The notes under the pieces are model-generated. The model saw only the letters and a list, made by a program, of their open reading frames with translations. It had not been told where the DNA came from and ran no database searches. From a cyanobacterium endosymbiont of Braarudosphaera bigelowii (lineage in GTDB: Bacteria; Cyanobacteriota; Cyanobacteriia; Cyanobacteriales; Microcystaceae): DNA of 32,000 nt. The stretch is from NCBI RefSeq assembly GCF_020885515.1, contig NZ_AP024987.1:120001-152000 (forward strand), read 5' to 3'. This document shows positions 8,904 through 17,328 of the stretch, in pieces. The position numbers were made by a program, and so were the translations under genes. Every line of letters starts with the position of its first letter. Position 1 is the first letter of the stretch.

Positions 8904-9860
8904 ATGAAGGAAATAACTTATAGTCCTTCTTATACAATTGTTATAACTTATGAATGTTTTAATTATTGTACATATTGTAACTTTAGAGTCAATTCAAAAT
9001 TAGACAGTTGGTCAAGGATAAGAAAAATAAATTTTTTGTTGGAGAAAATACAAAACAAGTCTATCAGTGAAATTTTAATTCTTAGCGGGGAAATTCATCC
9101 TCAATCTCCAGTAAGAAAAATTTGGTTACAAGACATATATCATTTATGTCGACTTGCATTGTCTATGAATTTCTTACCTCACATAAATGTTGGACTTTTA
9201 ACTTATACAGAAATGAAAATTCTCAAAACAGTTAGTATCTCAATGGGGTTAATGATTGAGCAACTTACTCCTATATTATTGAATACTGTTCATTATAGTG
9301 CACCTAGTAAGATTCCATATTTAAGATTACAACACTTAAGTTGGGCAGGAAAGCTACAGGTTCCCTTTACAACAGGAGTGTTATTAGATATTGGAGAGAA
9401 AGAAGAGAACTCTTGGGATACTTTCAAAGAAATTGCCTTAATTCATCAAAAATGGAATCATATACAAGAAATTATATTGCAACCTTATAGTTCTAACATA
9501 AGACAAAAGTCAAATATATCAATTTCTAATCAGTACCAGTTAGTTAAATTAATTAGTAAAGCTAGAAATATTCTACCAGTTTCTATCAAATTGCAGCTTC
9601 CTCCTAATTTAATCCAAGATTCTAATTATTTATTGCGCTGTCTTAAAGCAGGTATTCAAGATTTTGGTGGAATCAGTCCTAAAGATGAAATAAATCCAAG
9701 TTACTTTCATCTTTCGAAAGAGAAACTATCCAAAATATTAAAATATGGGAAATGGAAGTTGAGAGTACGGCTACCTATCTATCCCAACTATGATAAATAT
9801 TTATCTCAATCCTTACAAACGGTTGTAAATTTTTGGCAAAGAAATAAAAGGCTCGATTAA
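8904..9860 (+). CDS. cofG: Radical-SAM FO synthase subunit 1 (CofG-like), divergent
   Basis: N-terminal ITYSPSYTIVITYECFNYCTYCNF carries the CxxxCxxC cluster in CofG context. IQEIILQPY and GIQDFGGISP..EINP resemble CofG C-terminal motifs. The remainder is quite diverged. Confidence 0.65.
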   Translation: MKEITYSPSYTIVITYECFNYCTYCNFRVNSKLDSWSRIRKINFLLEKIQNKSISEILILSGEIHPQSPVRKIWLQDIYHLCRLALSMNFLPHINVGLLTYTEMKILKTVSISMGLMIEQLTPILLNTVHYSAPSKIPYLRLQHLSWAGKLQVPFTTGVLLDIGEKEENSWDTFKEIALIHQKWNHIQEIILQPYSSNIRQKSNISISNQYQLVKLISKARNILPVSIKLQLPPNLIQDSNYLLRCLKAGIQDFGGISPKDEINPSYFHLSKEKLSKILKYGKWKLRVRLPIYPNYDKYLSQSLQTVVNFWQRNKRLD

Positions 9861-10032
9861 AAAATCATTTCTCAATATCAATAAAATACTAGTCATAGTT
9901 TATATTTTATTCAAATATCTAGTCAAATGCATACCTGTTTAATAGAATAATCGGATAAAGTTTTTTATAAAATTATTTTAGGGAACTTTAGTCATAAATA
10001 TAGTGACTATTCTTCTATAACGTTTTTATGGA

Positions 10033-10060
10033 TTGACAGCTTTCTGGCAATTTATAAAAT
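10033..10060 (+). promoter_or_regulatory. Sigma70-type promoter for the RHH-ycf46-ycf35 operon
   Basis: TTGACA (10033-10038), 16 nt, TAAAAT (10055-10060), about 40 nt upstream of ATG 10102. The TTG used as the start of track ORF 10033-10452 is the -35 box itself. Confidence 0.45.
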
Positions 10061-10101
10061 TAGTTGTATTTATATGTAAGGGTAGCTTTAAGTTAGATAG
10101 T

Positions 10102-10452
10102 ATGCAAAACAAACAAAAAGTCACAATATATATACCCTCTGAGATTCATAAACGTCTTAAAATTAGAGCCGCTACTGACGAAGAGTCTATGTCTTTCATA
10201 GTTGAAAAAGCAGTTAATTTCTATCTTAAGCATTCCACTAAAGTTAAGAAGTTAGAAAATCTAAATTGTGGGAAAATTCATCAAGTGCATTTTTGTCCAG
10301 AATGTAAAGCTGCTGTCGTAGTAAATGATAGACAAATTTTTTCTTTAAAAAATCAATCTGACATTGTTCAAGACAATTTTTCACTTAACGCTAGAGAGAA
10401 GAAACCTCTTAATACAAGTATCTCAGACAAAGAAACATTTGTTTTTTATTAA
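10102..10452 (+). CDS. Ribbon-helix-helix-like protein with a C-terminal Cys/His knuckle (116 aa), first gene of the ycf46 operon
   Basis: ATG at 10102. KVTIYIPSEIHKRLKIRAATDEESMSFIVEKAVNFYL has the strand-helix-helix pattern of CopG/Arc/MetJ RHH domains. It is followed by CGKIHQVHFCPEC. The stop lies 37 nt before the AAA+ gene. Confidence 0.6.
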   Translation: MQNKQKVTIYIPSEIHKRLKIRAATDEESMSFIVEKAVNFYLKHSTKVKKLENLNCGKIHQVHFCPECKAAVVVNDRQIFSLKNQSDIVQDNFSLNAREKKPLNTSISDKETFVFY

Positions 10453-10489
10453 TTGATATTATTAATCACTATTATCTTTAATTGATTCT

Positions 10490-12001
10490 ATGAAAGAAGA
10501 GCTTAAGTTACTAATAGAAGCTCAATATCCTTTGATATATCTAGTAACATCAGAGGAGCAAAGAGCCGAGCAAACTATTGATAAAATTATTAAAGATCTC
10601 AAAGAACCTCGATGTATTTTTTCATGGACTATTACCAATGGGATGAAAGAATATAATCAACCCAGCAACAAAGCACAACATAATACTATTAATGCTGAAT
10701 CTGCTATTGATTGGGTAAACAGGAAAAATGAACCAGGAATTTTTATTTTTAAGGATTTACATCCTTTCATTTCTGATGCAAGTGTCGTTCGTTCTTTGCG
10801 AGATGCTATAATAAGCTTTAAGGGATGTAAAAAATCTATTATTATAATCTCTCCTGTACAACAAATTCCAATAGAGTTAGAAAAAGATATAGTTGTTCTA
10901 GATTTCAATTTTCCAAATTTAAAAGATCTTGATCAAGTTTTATCAAAACAATTAAATCAAATTAGAACTAGTAGTGAAATTAGTACTAGTTCTCGTGAAA
11001 AGTTACTTTATGCAGCATTAGGTTTAACAAAAGATGAAGCTGAAAAAGTTTATAGAAAAGCCTATGTTCAAGCAGGGAAACTGACAGAAGCAGAAGTTGA
11101 TATCATCTTATCCGAAAAGAAACAGCAGATTCGTCGCAATGGAATTTTAGAATATATTGAACAAGATGAGACTATTAAAGCTGTTGGTGGCTTAGAAGAA
11201 CTTAAAAAGTGGTTGAAACAACGCTCAGATGCTTTTACCGAGAGAGCTAGAGAATATGGTTTACCTCAACCAAAAGGGATGTTAATACTAGGAGTCCCAG
11301 GATGTGGAAAATCCCTAATTGCTAAAACTACTTCTCGGTTGTGGGGATTGCCTTTATTGCGATTGGATTTAGGACGTATTTATGATTCTGCTGTAGGTCG
11401 CTCTGAAGCTAACTTAAGAAATGCATTAAAAACTGCAGAGTCTATTTCTCCAGCCATACTTTTTATTGATGAACTTGATAAGGCTTTTGCAGGGGCTGGC
11501 GGCTCAGGTGAATCTGATGGTGGAACTTCTAGTCGTATTTTTGGTTCTTTTTTAACATGGATGCAAGAAAAAACTTCTCCTGTATTTGTTATGGCTACAG
11601 CTAACCGTGTAGAACGTTTGCCAGGAGAATTTTTACGAAAAGGGAGATTTGACGAACTTTTTTTCGTAGATTTACCAACTTTTGAGGAACGTGAAGCTAT
11701 CTTCAATATACATTTGAACAAACGTCGTTCAAATATTTCTCATTTCGATATTAAGCAGCTGGTCACGATTTCTGATGGATTCTCTGGTGCAGAAGTTGAG
11801 CAAGCCATTATTGCAGCTATGTACGAGGCTTTTGCCGAAGGTAGAGACTTTTCTCAGCTTGATATTATTGCTGCAATTAAGTCTACTCTGCCATTATCTC
11901 GTACTATGACGGAACAAGTCGCAGCTCTTCGCGACTGGGCGCGGCAAAGAGCGCGACCTGCGTCAACTTCAATCGCTGAATATCAGCGACTGGAATTCTA
12001 A
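10490..12001 (+). CDS. ycf46: Ycf46-family AAA+ ATPase (single AAA module with an N-terminal non-ATPase domain)
   Basis: 503 aa. Walker A is GVPGCGKSLIAK and Walker B is ILFIDELDKA. The second region of homology is ATANRVERLPGEFLRKGRFDE. Length and architecture match cyanobacterial/plastid Ycf46. Confidence 0.88.
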   Translation: MKEELKLLIEAQYPLIYLVTSEEQRAEQTIDKIIKDLKEPRCIFSWTITNGMKEYNQPSNKAQHNTINAESAIDWVNRKNEPGIFIFKDLHPFISDASVVRSLRDAIISFKGCKKSIIIISPVQQIPIELEKDIVVLDFNFPNLKDLDQVLSKQLNQIRTSSEISTSSREKLLYAALGLTKDEAEKVYRKAYVQAGKLTEAEVDIILSEKKQQIRRNGILEYIEQDETIKAVGGLEELKKWLKQRSDAFTERAREYGLPQPKGMLILGVPGCGKSLIAKTTSRLWGLPLLRLDLGRIYDSAVGRSEANLRNALKTAESISPAILFIDELDKAFAGAGGSGESDGGTSSRIFGSFLTWMQEKTSPVFVMATANRVERLPGEFLRKGRFDELFFVDLPTFEEREAIFNIHLNKRRSNISHFDIKQLVTISDGFSGAEVEQAIIAAMYEAFAEGRDFSQLDIIAAIKSTLPLSRTMTEQVAALRDWARQRARPASTSIAEYQRLEF

Positions 12002-12136
12002 AAGCTTTCGTCTGTTTCTTTTAACAGTCGTTAAGGCTAGCCAAAAGCTAGCAGTACACCGGTAAATTGTTTGTTTAAAACAATTTGTTTAAATCTCAAG
12101 TTATTATTAACTTTTGTTCCAATGGAGGAAATTAAA

Positions 12137-12490
12137 ATGTCACACTTTAGTACCTTACGCACTAAAATCACAGATGCCGAAATCTTGAAAACCTCATTAC
12201 GAGATTTAGGAATTGTTGTAAAAATTGATTCTAATGTTAGAGGCCATAATGGCCAAAATATTCATTCTGATATTGTTGCCGTCTTGGAAGGTGAATACGA
12301 TCTTGGCTGGTCTCTTAATAGTGATGGTAGTTATGACCTAGTTGCTGATCTCTGGGGTGTTGCTAAAAAGCATAACCAAACCGAACTTATTAATTCTATC
12401 AACCAAAAATATGCTATTAATAAGACACTAATGGAAGTTAAGCAACGCAATTTAGGCAAAGCAAATATTAATTTAGTTCTTCACAACTAA
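12137..12490 (+). CDS. ycf35: DUF1257 / Ycf35-like protein (117 aa)
   Basis: ATG at 12137 is preceded by GGAGGA (12124-12129). The MSHFSTLRTKITD N-terminus and the 117-aa size fit my recollection of Ycf35/DUF1257. The upstream TTG extension in the track is unsupported. Confidence 0.7.
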   Translation: MSHFSTLRTKITDAEILKTSLRDLGIVVKIDSNVRGHNGQNIHSDIVAVLEGEYDLGWSLNSDGSYDLVADLWGVAKKHNQTELINSINQKYAINKTLMEVKQRNLGKANINLVLHN

Positions 12491-12550
12491 AATTTGTTCA
12501 ATTGTATAGAAGTTAAGGAACTTAACCAATTTCTAATTTCGTATTTTTGT

Positions 12551-12590
12551 AATGAAGTTATTGCTAAGTTTATCTAGCAATAACTTCATT
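12551..12590 (+). terminator. Perfect 16-bp stem hairpin after ycf35
   Basis: AATGAAGTTATTGCTA (12551-12566), 8-nt loop, TAGCAATAACTTCATT (12575-12590). Confidence 0.5.
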
Positions 12591-12596
12591 ATGTGG

Positions 12597-12665
12597 TTAT
12601 ATATTAAATAGTAAACATTTCTATTTTTAGTTAAATAATAGAAATGTTTACTATTTAATATATAA
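12597..12665. repeat. Perfect inverted repeat with 29-bp arms and an 11-nt spacer
   Basis: 12597-12625 is the exact reverse complement of 12637-12665 (TTATATATTAAATAGTAAACATTTCTATT / AATAGAAATGTTTACTATTTAATATATAA), checked base by base. Confidence 0.9.
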
Positions 12666-12871
12666 AAAATTTGATAAGTTACAATATTTAAAATAAATAT
12701 TGTAGAAATAAGAACTATTTCTAATTAAATAACTTAAATATACTTATACTATAAAAATAATTAATATATAAAAAGCTTATTAGCTTAGCTCTATCTTTAA
12801 AATTATTTTTTTAATAAATCTACTATATTTTTTTAATATATTGGTGCCCATTACGTTATTGTCAAATAATT

Positions 12872-13339
12872 ATGGAAAATCAAAATAAAGCTATTAAAGT
12901 TATTAGCAATAATCGTAAAGCTTTTTTCCTCTACGAGATTCTAGAAAAATACGAAGCTGGAATTGAATTAGTAGGAACAGAGGTAAAATCTATCCGTGCA
13001 GGAAAAGTCAACATAACTGATGGTTATGCGTTTATTAAAAATACCGAAGTTTGGCTAAGCAATGTTCATATATCTCCTTATGTGGCTAGTAGTTTATATT
13101 TTAATCATGATCCCAGACGTATCCGTAAATTATTGATGCGGCGTAAAGAAATCAATCAACTTATTGGAAAAATTGAGCAAAAAGGTTTAACTTTAGTACC
13201 TTTAAAGCTTTATTTTAAAGGTAGTTTAGTAAAAATTAGTCTTGGTTTAGGGAGAGGGAAAAAATTACACGATAAGCGAGAAACAATTAAAAATCGTCAG
13301 GACCAAAGAGAAATATCTAGAATTGTCAAACAATACTGA
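12872..13339 (+). CDS. smpB: SsrA-binding protein SmpB
   Basis: 155 aa. NRKAFFLYEILEKYEAGIELVGTEVKSIR and the basic C-terminal tail are canonical SmpB. Confidence 0.95.
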   Translation: MENQNKAIKVISNNRKAFFLYEILEKYEAGIELVGTEVKSIRAGKVNITDGYAFIKNTEVWLSNVHISPYVASSLYFNHDPRRIRKLLMRRKEINQLIGKIEQKGLTLVPLKLYFKGSLVKISLGLGRGKKLHDKRETIKNRQDQREISRIVKQY

Positions 13340-13586
13340 GACATAATACATATTTATTCTTTTTTAAACCTTATTCTTGAGTTAAATTCTAATAGTTTTA
13401 AAAGAAATAATACATTCTCAAATTTTTATACATAGAATTCTTATTATTAGATTTTCTTTATATAAAATATGTACGGTGATCCACATCTATTGAGTGTAAT
13501 AATTTCAGAATGAATATTCTTACAAAATCAGAGAGAATATAGTAACAATAACATCAACATAAAACCATTAGTTTTAAATAGAGCGT

Positions 13587-15560
13587 ATGACAGTACTTGA
13601 AAAAGGTAATATTAGTATTCACACTGAGAATATTTTTCCAATTATTAAAAAATCATTGTATACAGATCATGAAATTTTTTTACGAGAATTAATTTCTAAT
13701 GCTGTAGATGCTTTATCTAAACTTAAGATGGCTTCTTTAGCTGGTGAAGTATCTTTTGATGTTTCTGAACCAGAAATTGTAATTACTATTGATAAAACAG
13801 ATAAATCTCTTTCGATTACTGACAATGGAATCGGAATGAACATAGATGAAATCAAAAAATATATCAATCAAGTAGCTTTTTCTAGTGCAGAAGAGTTTGT
13901 TAAAAAGTATGAAAAGAATGCTAGTGAAATAATTGGGCATTTTGGACTAGGATTTTACTCAGCTTTTATGATATCTAAGAGGGTCGAGATTGATACTTTA
14001 TCTTATAAAGAAGATTCTAAACCAATCCATTGGTCTTGTGATGGTTCTCCTTCATTCGAATTAACTGAATCTAGTCGTACTGAAATAGGAACGACTGTGA
14101 AATTAACTTTAATGGATGAAGAACATGAATATTTAGAACCAGAAAGAATTCGTCAACTGGTGAAAACCTATTCAGATTTTGTTCCTATTCCAATTAAATT
14201 TGAAAATACTATTATTAATAAGCAGAAAGCTTTATGGAAAGAATCTACTCAAGGTCTTAATGATAATGACTATTTAGAGTTTTACCGCTACCTCTATCCT
14301 TATCAAGAAGATCCTTTACTATGGATACACTTAAACACTGATTATCCTTACCTCCTAAACGGAATTTTATATTTTCCAAAATTACGACCTGATGTGGACG
14401 TCTCACAAGGTCACATTAAACTTTTTTGTAATCAAGTATTTGTTAGTGATCACTGCGAAGAAATTATTCCAGATTTTTTAATGCCTCTTAGAGGAGTTAT
14501 TGACAGTCCTGATATTCCATTAAATGTTTCGAGGAGTGCACTAACTAATCATCGTACTGTTCGTAGTATTGCAAATCATATTGCCAAAAAAATTGCAGAT
14601 CGGCTTAAAGAAATTTATGAGAATAGTCCTGAAGAATATATTAAATGTTGGCAAGATGTAGGAACCTTTGTTAAGTATGGTTCCCTTAAGGATGAAAAAT
14701 TTAAAAAACATGTTGAAGATATTCTTGTTTATAAAACAACTTATAAAGTTAATAAATCTGACGTTCCACAAGTTCAGGTTGAAGAAGAAGGGGATGCTTG
14801 GAAAGATGTTACAAATGAAAAAAATGAATTATCTTATGAAAAAACAGGATATACGACATTGTCTGCTTACTTGAGTCGTAATAAAAAGCGTCATGAAAAT
14901 CGGATTTTTTATTGTACAGATCCTGATGTTCAAGCCACTCATATACAGTTATATGAAAATCAAGGCTTAGAAATTTTGTATATGGATTCTTTCATTGATA
15001 CCAATTATTTTATTCCTTTTTTAGAAAAAGAATATTCTGAAGTAAAATTTTCTCGTGTAGACTCTGAATTAGATGATACTTTACTTCAAAATGATAAAGT
15101 TAATGAAATTGTAGATCCTAATTCTCAAAAAACTCGCAATGATAAAATTAAGGAGTTATTTGAGGCATCTTTAGACAATGCTAAAATTAACATAAAAACA
15201 CAATCATTAAAATCAGATCTCTCTCAAGACGCCCCTCCAGGAGTTATTTTACTGCCTGAAGCAGCAAGACGTTTTAAAGAAATGATGGCTGCATCTCAAC
15301 AACAAACAATGGATTTTCCTGATGAACATATTTTTGTTGTTAATACGAATCATCCTTTAGTTGAAAATATTCTTCAGCTAAGTCAAGGAAATATTATTCA
15401 GCTAGAAAATGAATCTCCATCAGGTCAAATGGCTAAAATGTTGTGTCGTCATATTTACGATCTTGCACTAATTACACAAAAAGGGATTGATGGTAAAAAT
15501 ATGAAATCCTTTATGCAAAGATCAAATGAATTACTTACTAATTTAACTAAATCTAAATAA
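13587..15560 (+). CDS. htpG: Hsp90-family chaperone HtpG
   Basis: 657 aa. The N-terminal ATPase motifs are IFLRELISNAVDA, DNGIGM and GHFGLGFYSAFM. Confidence 0.95.
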   Translation: MTVLEKGNISIHTENIFPIIKKSLYTDHEIFLRELISNAVDALSKLKMASLAGEVSFDVSEPEIVITIDKTDKSLSITDNGIGMNIDEIKKYINQVAFSSAEEFVKKYEKNASEIIGHFGLGFYSAFMISKRVEIDTLSYKEDSKPIHWSCDGSPSFELTESSRTEIGTTVKLTLMDEEHEYLEPERIRQLVKTYSDFVPIPIKFENTIINKQKALWKESTQGLNDNDYLEFYRYLYPYQEDPLLWIHLNTDYPYLLNGILYFPKLRPDVDVSQGHIKLFCNQVFVSDHCEEIIPDFLMPLRGVIDSPDIPLNVSRSALTNHRTVRSIANHIAKKIADRLKEIYENSPEEYIKCWQDVGTFVKYGSLKDEKFKKHVEDILVYKTTYKVNKSDVPQVQVEEEGDAWKDVTNEKNELSYEKTGYTTLSAYLSRNKKRHENRIFYCTDPDVQATHIQLYENQGLEILYMDSFIDTNYFIPFLEKEYSEVKFSRVDSELDDTLLQNDKVNEIVDPNSQKTRNDKIKELFEASLDNAKINIKTQSLKSDLSQDAPPGVILLPEAARRFKEMMAASQQQTMDFPDEHIFVVNTNHPLVENILQLSQGNIIQLENESPSGQMAKMLCRHIYDLALITQKGIDGKNMKSFMQRSNELLTNLTKSK

Positions 15561-15571
15561 CTATTATTATA

Positions 15572-15608
15572 AAAATATGGGAGTTGATTCAATCAATTCC
15601 CATATTTT
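15572..15608. terminator. Bidirectional terminator hairpin between convergent htpG and tRNA-CAT
   Basis: AAAATATGGGAGTTGATT / AATCAATTCCCATATTTT is a near-perfect stem (one G-U) centred on C15590. A GGG/CCC core is flanked by an A-tract and a T-tract, so either strand reads hairpin plus U-run. Confidence 0.55.
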
Positions 15609-15645
15609 CCAGGGCTTAGTATATTCGTAATAAGGCCATAGAATA

Positions 15646-15719
15646 TGGCTCAAGGGTGATTTGAACACCCGACCTTGGGCTTATGAGTCCCCTGCTCTAA
15701 CCAACTGAGCTACTGAGCC
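15646..15719 (-). tRNA. tRNA with anticodon CAT (elongator Met or lysidine-type Ile2)
   Basis: The reverse complement reads GGCTCAG-TA-GCTC-AGTTGGTTA-GAGC-A-GGGGA-CTCATAA-GCCCA-AGGTC-GGGTG-TTCAAAT-CACCC-TTGAGCC-A. This is a 74-nt cloverleaf with good acceptor, D and T arms. G1-C72 is paired, so it is not an initiator. No CCA is encoded. Confidence 0.85.
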
Positions 15720-15843
15720 AATAACGCACAACTATAGTATAACACAATACGAGCGATAGTATATCTAATTTTAAAAAAAATTAAAATTTTTTTAGTTAAG
15801 TATAATATCTAATTTCTGTAATATATAAGAAAAATAATTACTA

Positions 15844-17328
15844 TTATCTGGTTTTAGGTAAAAAGGCCATTGGATTTTGTGCTCCCCTTCCTCTGAGATG
15901 AATTTCATAGTGAAGATGCGGTCCTGTACTAAAACCAGTACTACCCATTTCAGCAATCTTTTGACCTTGTTTCACCTTTTGTCCTCGTCTTACTAAGAGG
16001 CGACTATTATGAGCATACAAACTAATACTACCATCAGGATGACGAATTCTAAGTAAATTTCCATATCCTCCTGAGCTCCATCCAGCACTGATCACTTCTC
16101 CAGAAGCTGAAGCCATAATGGGAGTACCTGTAGGAGCTGCAATATCTATGCCTTTATGCATTCTTCCCCAGCGACGCCCAAAACCTGAAGTAATTACCCC
16201 CTTACTTGGCCATATATGTCCAGGATATTTTGCAGGAGCACTAGGGAGATATTTATCAGGGTTAGACACACTCGGAAGATTAGGCTTAATATTTGTTTCT
16301 AAAGGAATTTGAAAAGTATTATTGTAAACGTCTATATAATTAGGAACTACACCTATTAATTTAGATTTTTGAACGTTAAATTGCGTTACATTTTTGTTTA
16401 GGTTTCTTTGATCTGTAATTTTCTTTGAATCTTGATACAGTTTTTTACGGCCAGAAGTTGTTGATTGTGTTGCTTCAAATTCGCTAGTTATGATAAAACT
16501 TCTTGAAAATTGATTTTCTTTTGTAGGAAAACTATCAATAGTTGAATTTTTAGATTTTTTGCCTCTATTTGTTATATTGTTTATTGAATCTTGTTGTGGA
16601 ATTATTAATGTTTGATTAACCTTTATGAAATCAACATTAGTGATGTGGTTTGCACTTATTAATTCTGATGTTGAAATACCATGAGAACGAGCAATACTAT
16701 TAAGAGTATCTCCTACACGAACTCTATAGCTTTTTTTATCCATTCTAATTGAAGATTGTGAAAGTACTGAATTAAAATCTCCAATTAAAGCGACTTTAGG
16801 AATAATCTCATGAGTATATACGTTTTCAATATTCTCTGAAATTTTTGGTTGTATTATTTTTGTTATGTACCTAAATGGCGTAATAGTATTTTCAATTATT
16901 TGATTATTGTTTGATTTGAAAAAATTATTAGAAACAACTTTATTTATTTTATGAAAATTATTAACTGGTTTGTAGTCAATAATCTTTATTTTAGAGTTAA
17001 TACCTGTAGAGCTTTTAGGAATAATTTTTTGATTTAAATTTTTAATAGATGGAATTTTTATAATTGGTTCTGATTCAGGTTTAGTTCTAATGCTATTAAT
17101 ATCTATTTTGATATTTGAAAAATTTACGGCTAAAGCTATTTCAGTTTTAATAGTAAACATGCCGATGCAAGTAGCCAAGCTAAGCATGGCTAAAGAATGA
17201 CAAAGGTTGTTTTTTTTATTTGAAATTAATTTATTTTTATATGTCTGAGGGAAAAATATATTTTCTGATTTTACGTATTTTAACAAATGAGAATACGCTG
17301 TTATTACTTTATCGGATTTATCTTTCAA
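15844..17328 (-). CDS. LysM-domain M23 family metallopeptidase (peptidoglycan endopeptidase)
   Basis: LysM is YRVRVGDTLNSIARSHGISTSELISAN. The C-terminal M23 motifs are HKGIDIAAP.GTPI and GPHLHYEIH. The TTG start (17326-17328) lies 6 nt after a perfect AGGAGG. A long N/K/I-rich linker follows the N-terminal TM segment. Confidence 0.88.
   Translation of the reverse strand: MKDKSDKVITAYSHLLKYVKSENIFFPQTYKNKLISNKKNNLCHSLAMLSLATCIGMFTIKTEIALAVNFSNIKIDINSIRTKPESEPIIKIPSIKNLNQKIIPKSSTGINSKIKIIDYKPVNNFHKINKVVSNNFFKSNNNQIIENTITPFRYITKIIQPKISENIENVYTHEIIPKVALIGDFNSVLSQSSIRMDKKSYRVRVGDTLNSIARSHGISTSELISANHITNVDFIKVNQTLIIPQQDSINNITNRGKKSKNSTIDSFPTKENQFSRSFIITSEFEATQSTTSGRKKLYQDSKKITDQRNLNKNVTQFNVQKSKLIGVVPNYIDVYNNTFQIPLETNIKPNLPSVSNPDKYLPSAPAKYPGHIWPSKGVITSGFGRRWGRMHKGIDIAAPTGTPIMASASGEVISAGWSSGGYGNLLRIRHPDGSISLYAHNSRLLVRRGQKVKQGQKIAEMGSTGFSTGPHLHYEIHLRGRGAQNPMAFLPKTR

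Noticed and set aside
10033-10101. TTG-initiated 23-codon extension of the RHH gene
   Set aside because: The TTG is part of a TTGACA -35 box. The extension is hydrophobic junk, and ATG 10102 starts the RHH strand directly.
10657-11721. ORFs 10657-10908 and 11380-11721, antisense to ycf46
   Set aside because: Both are shadow ORFs opposite a well-supported AAA+ gene.
12071-12136. TTG-initiated extension of the ycf35 ORF
   Set aside because: The internal ATG 12137 has a GGAGGA SD and gives the canonical MSHFS N-terminus.
12551-12665. Possibility that the palindromes are CRISPR repeats or MITE termini
   Set aside because: There is no regular repeat-spacer periodicity. The different palindromes share no sequence, no target-site duplications are visible, and no transposase or cas genes occur anywhere in the window.
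13667-14874. Four short ORFs (13667-13867, 13737-13940, 14541-14771, 14668-14874) within htpG
   Set aside because: All overlap htpG in other frames or on the other strand, and their composition is low-complexity K/I/F/N.
16118-16312. 64-aa ORF antisense to the M23 domain
   Set aside because: It is a shadow ORF opposite the most conserved part of the peptidase.
16300-17100. Long Asn/Lys/Ile-rich region in the M23 peptidase
   Set aside because: It is best explained as a linker drifting with the genomic AT bias. I saw no repeat unit or domain.
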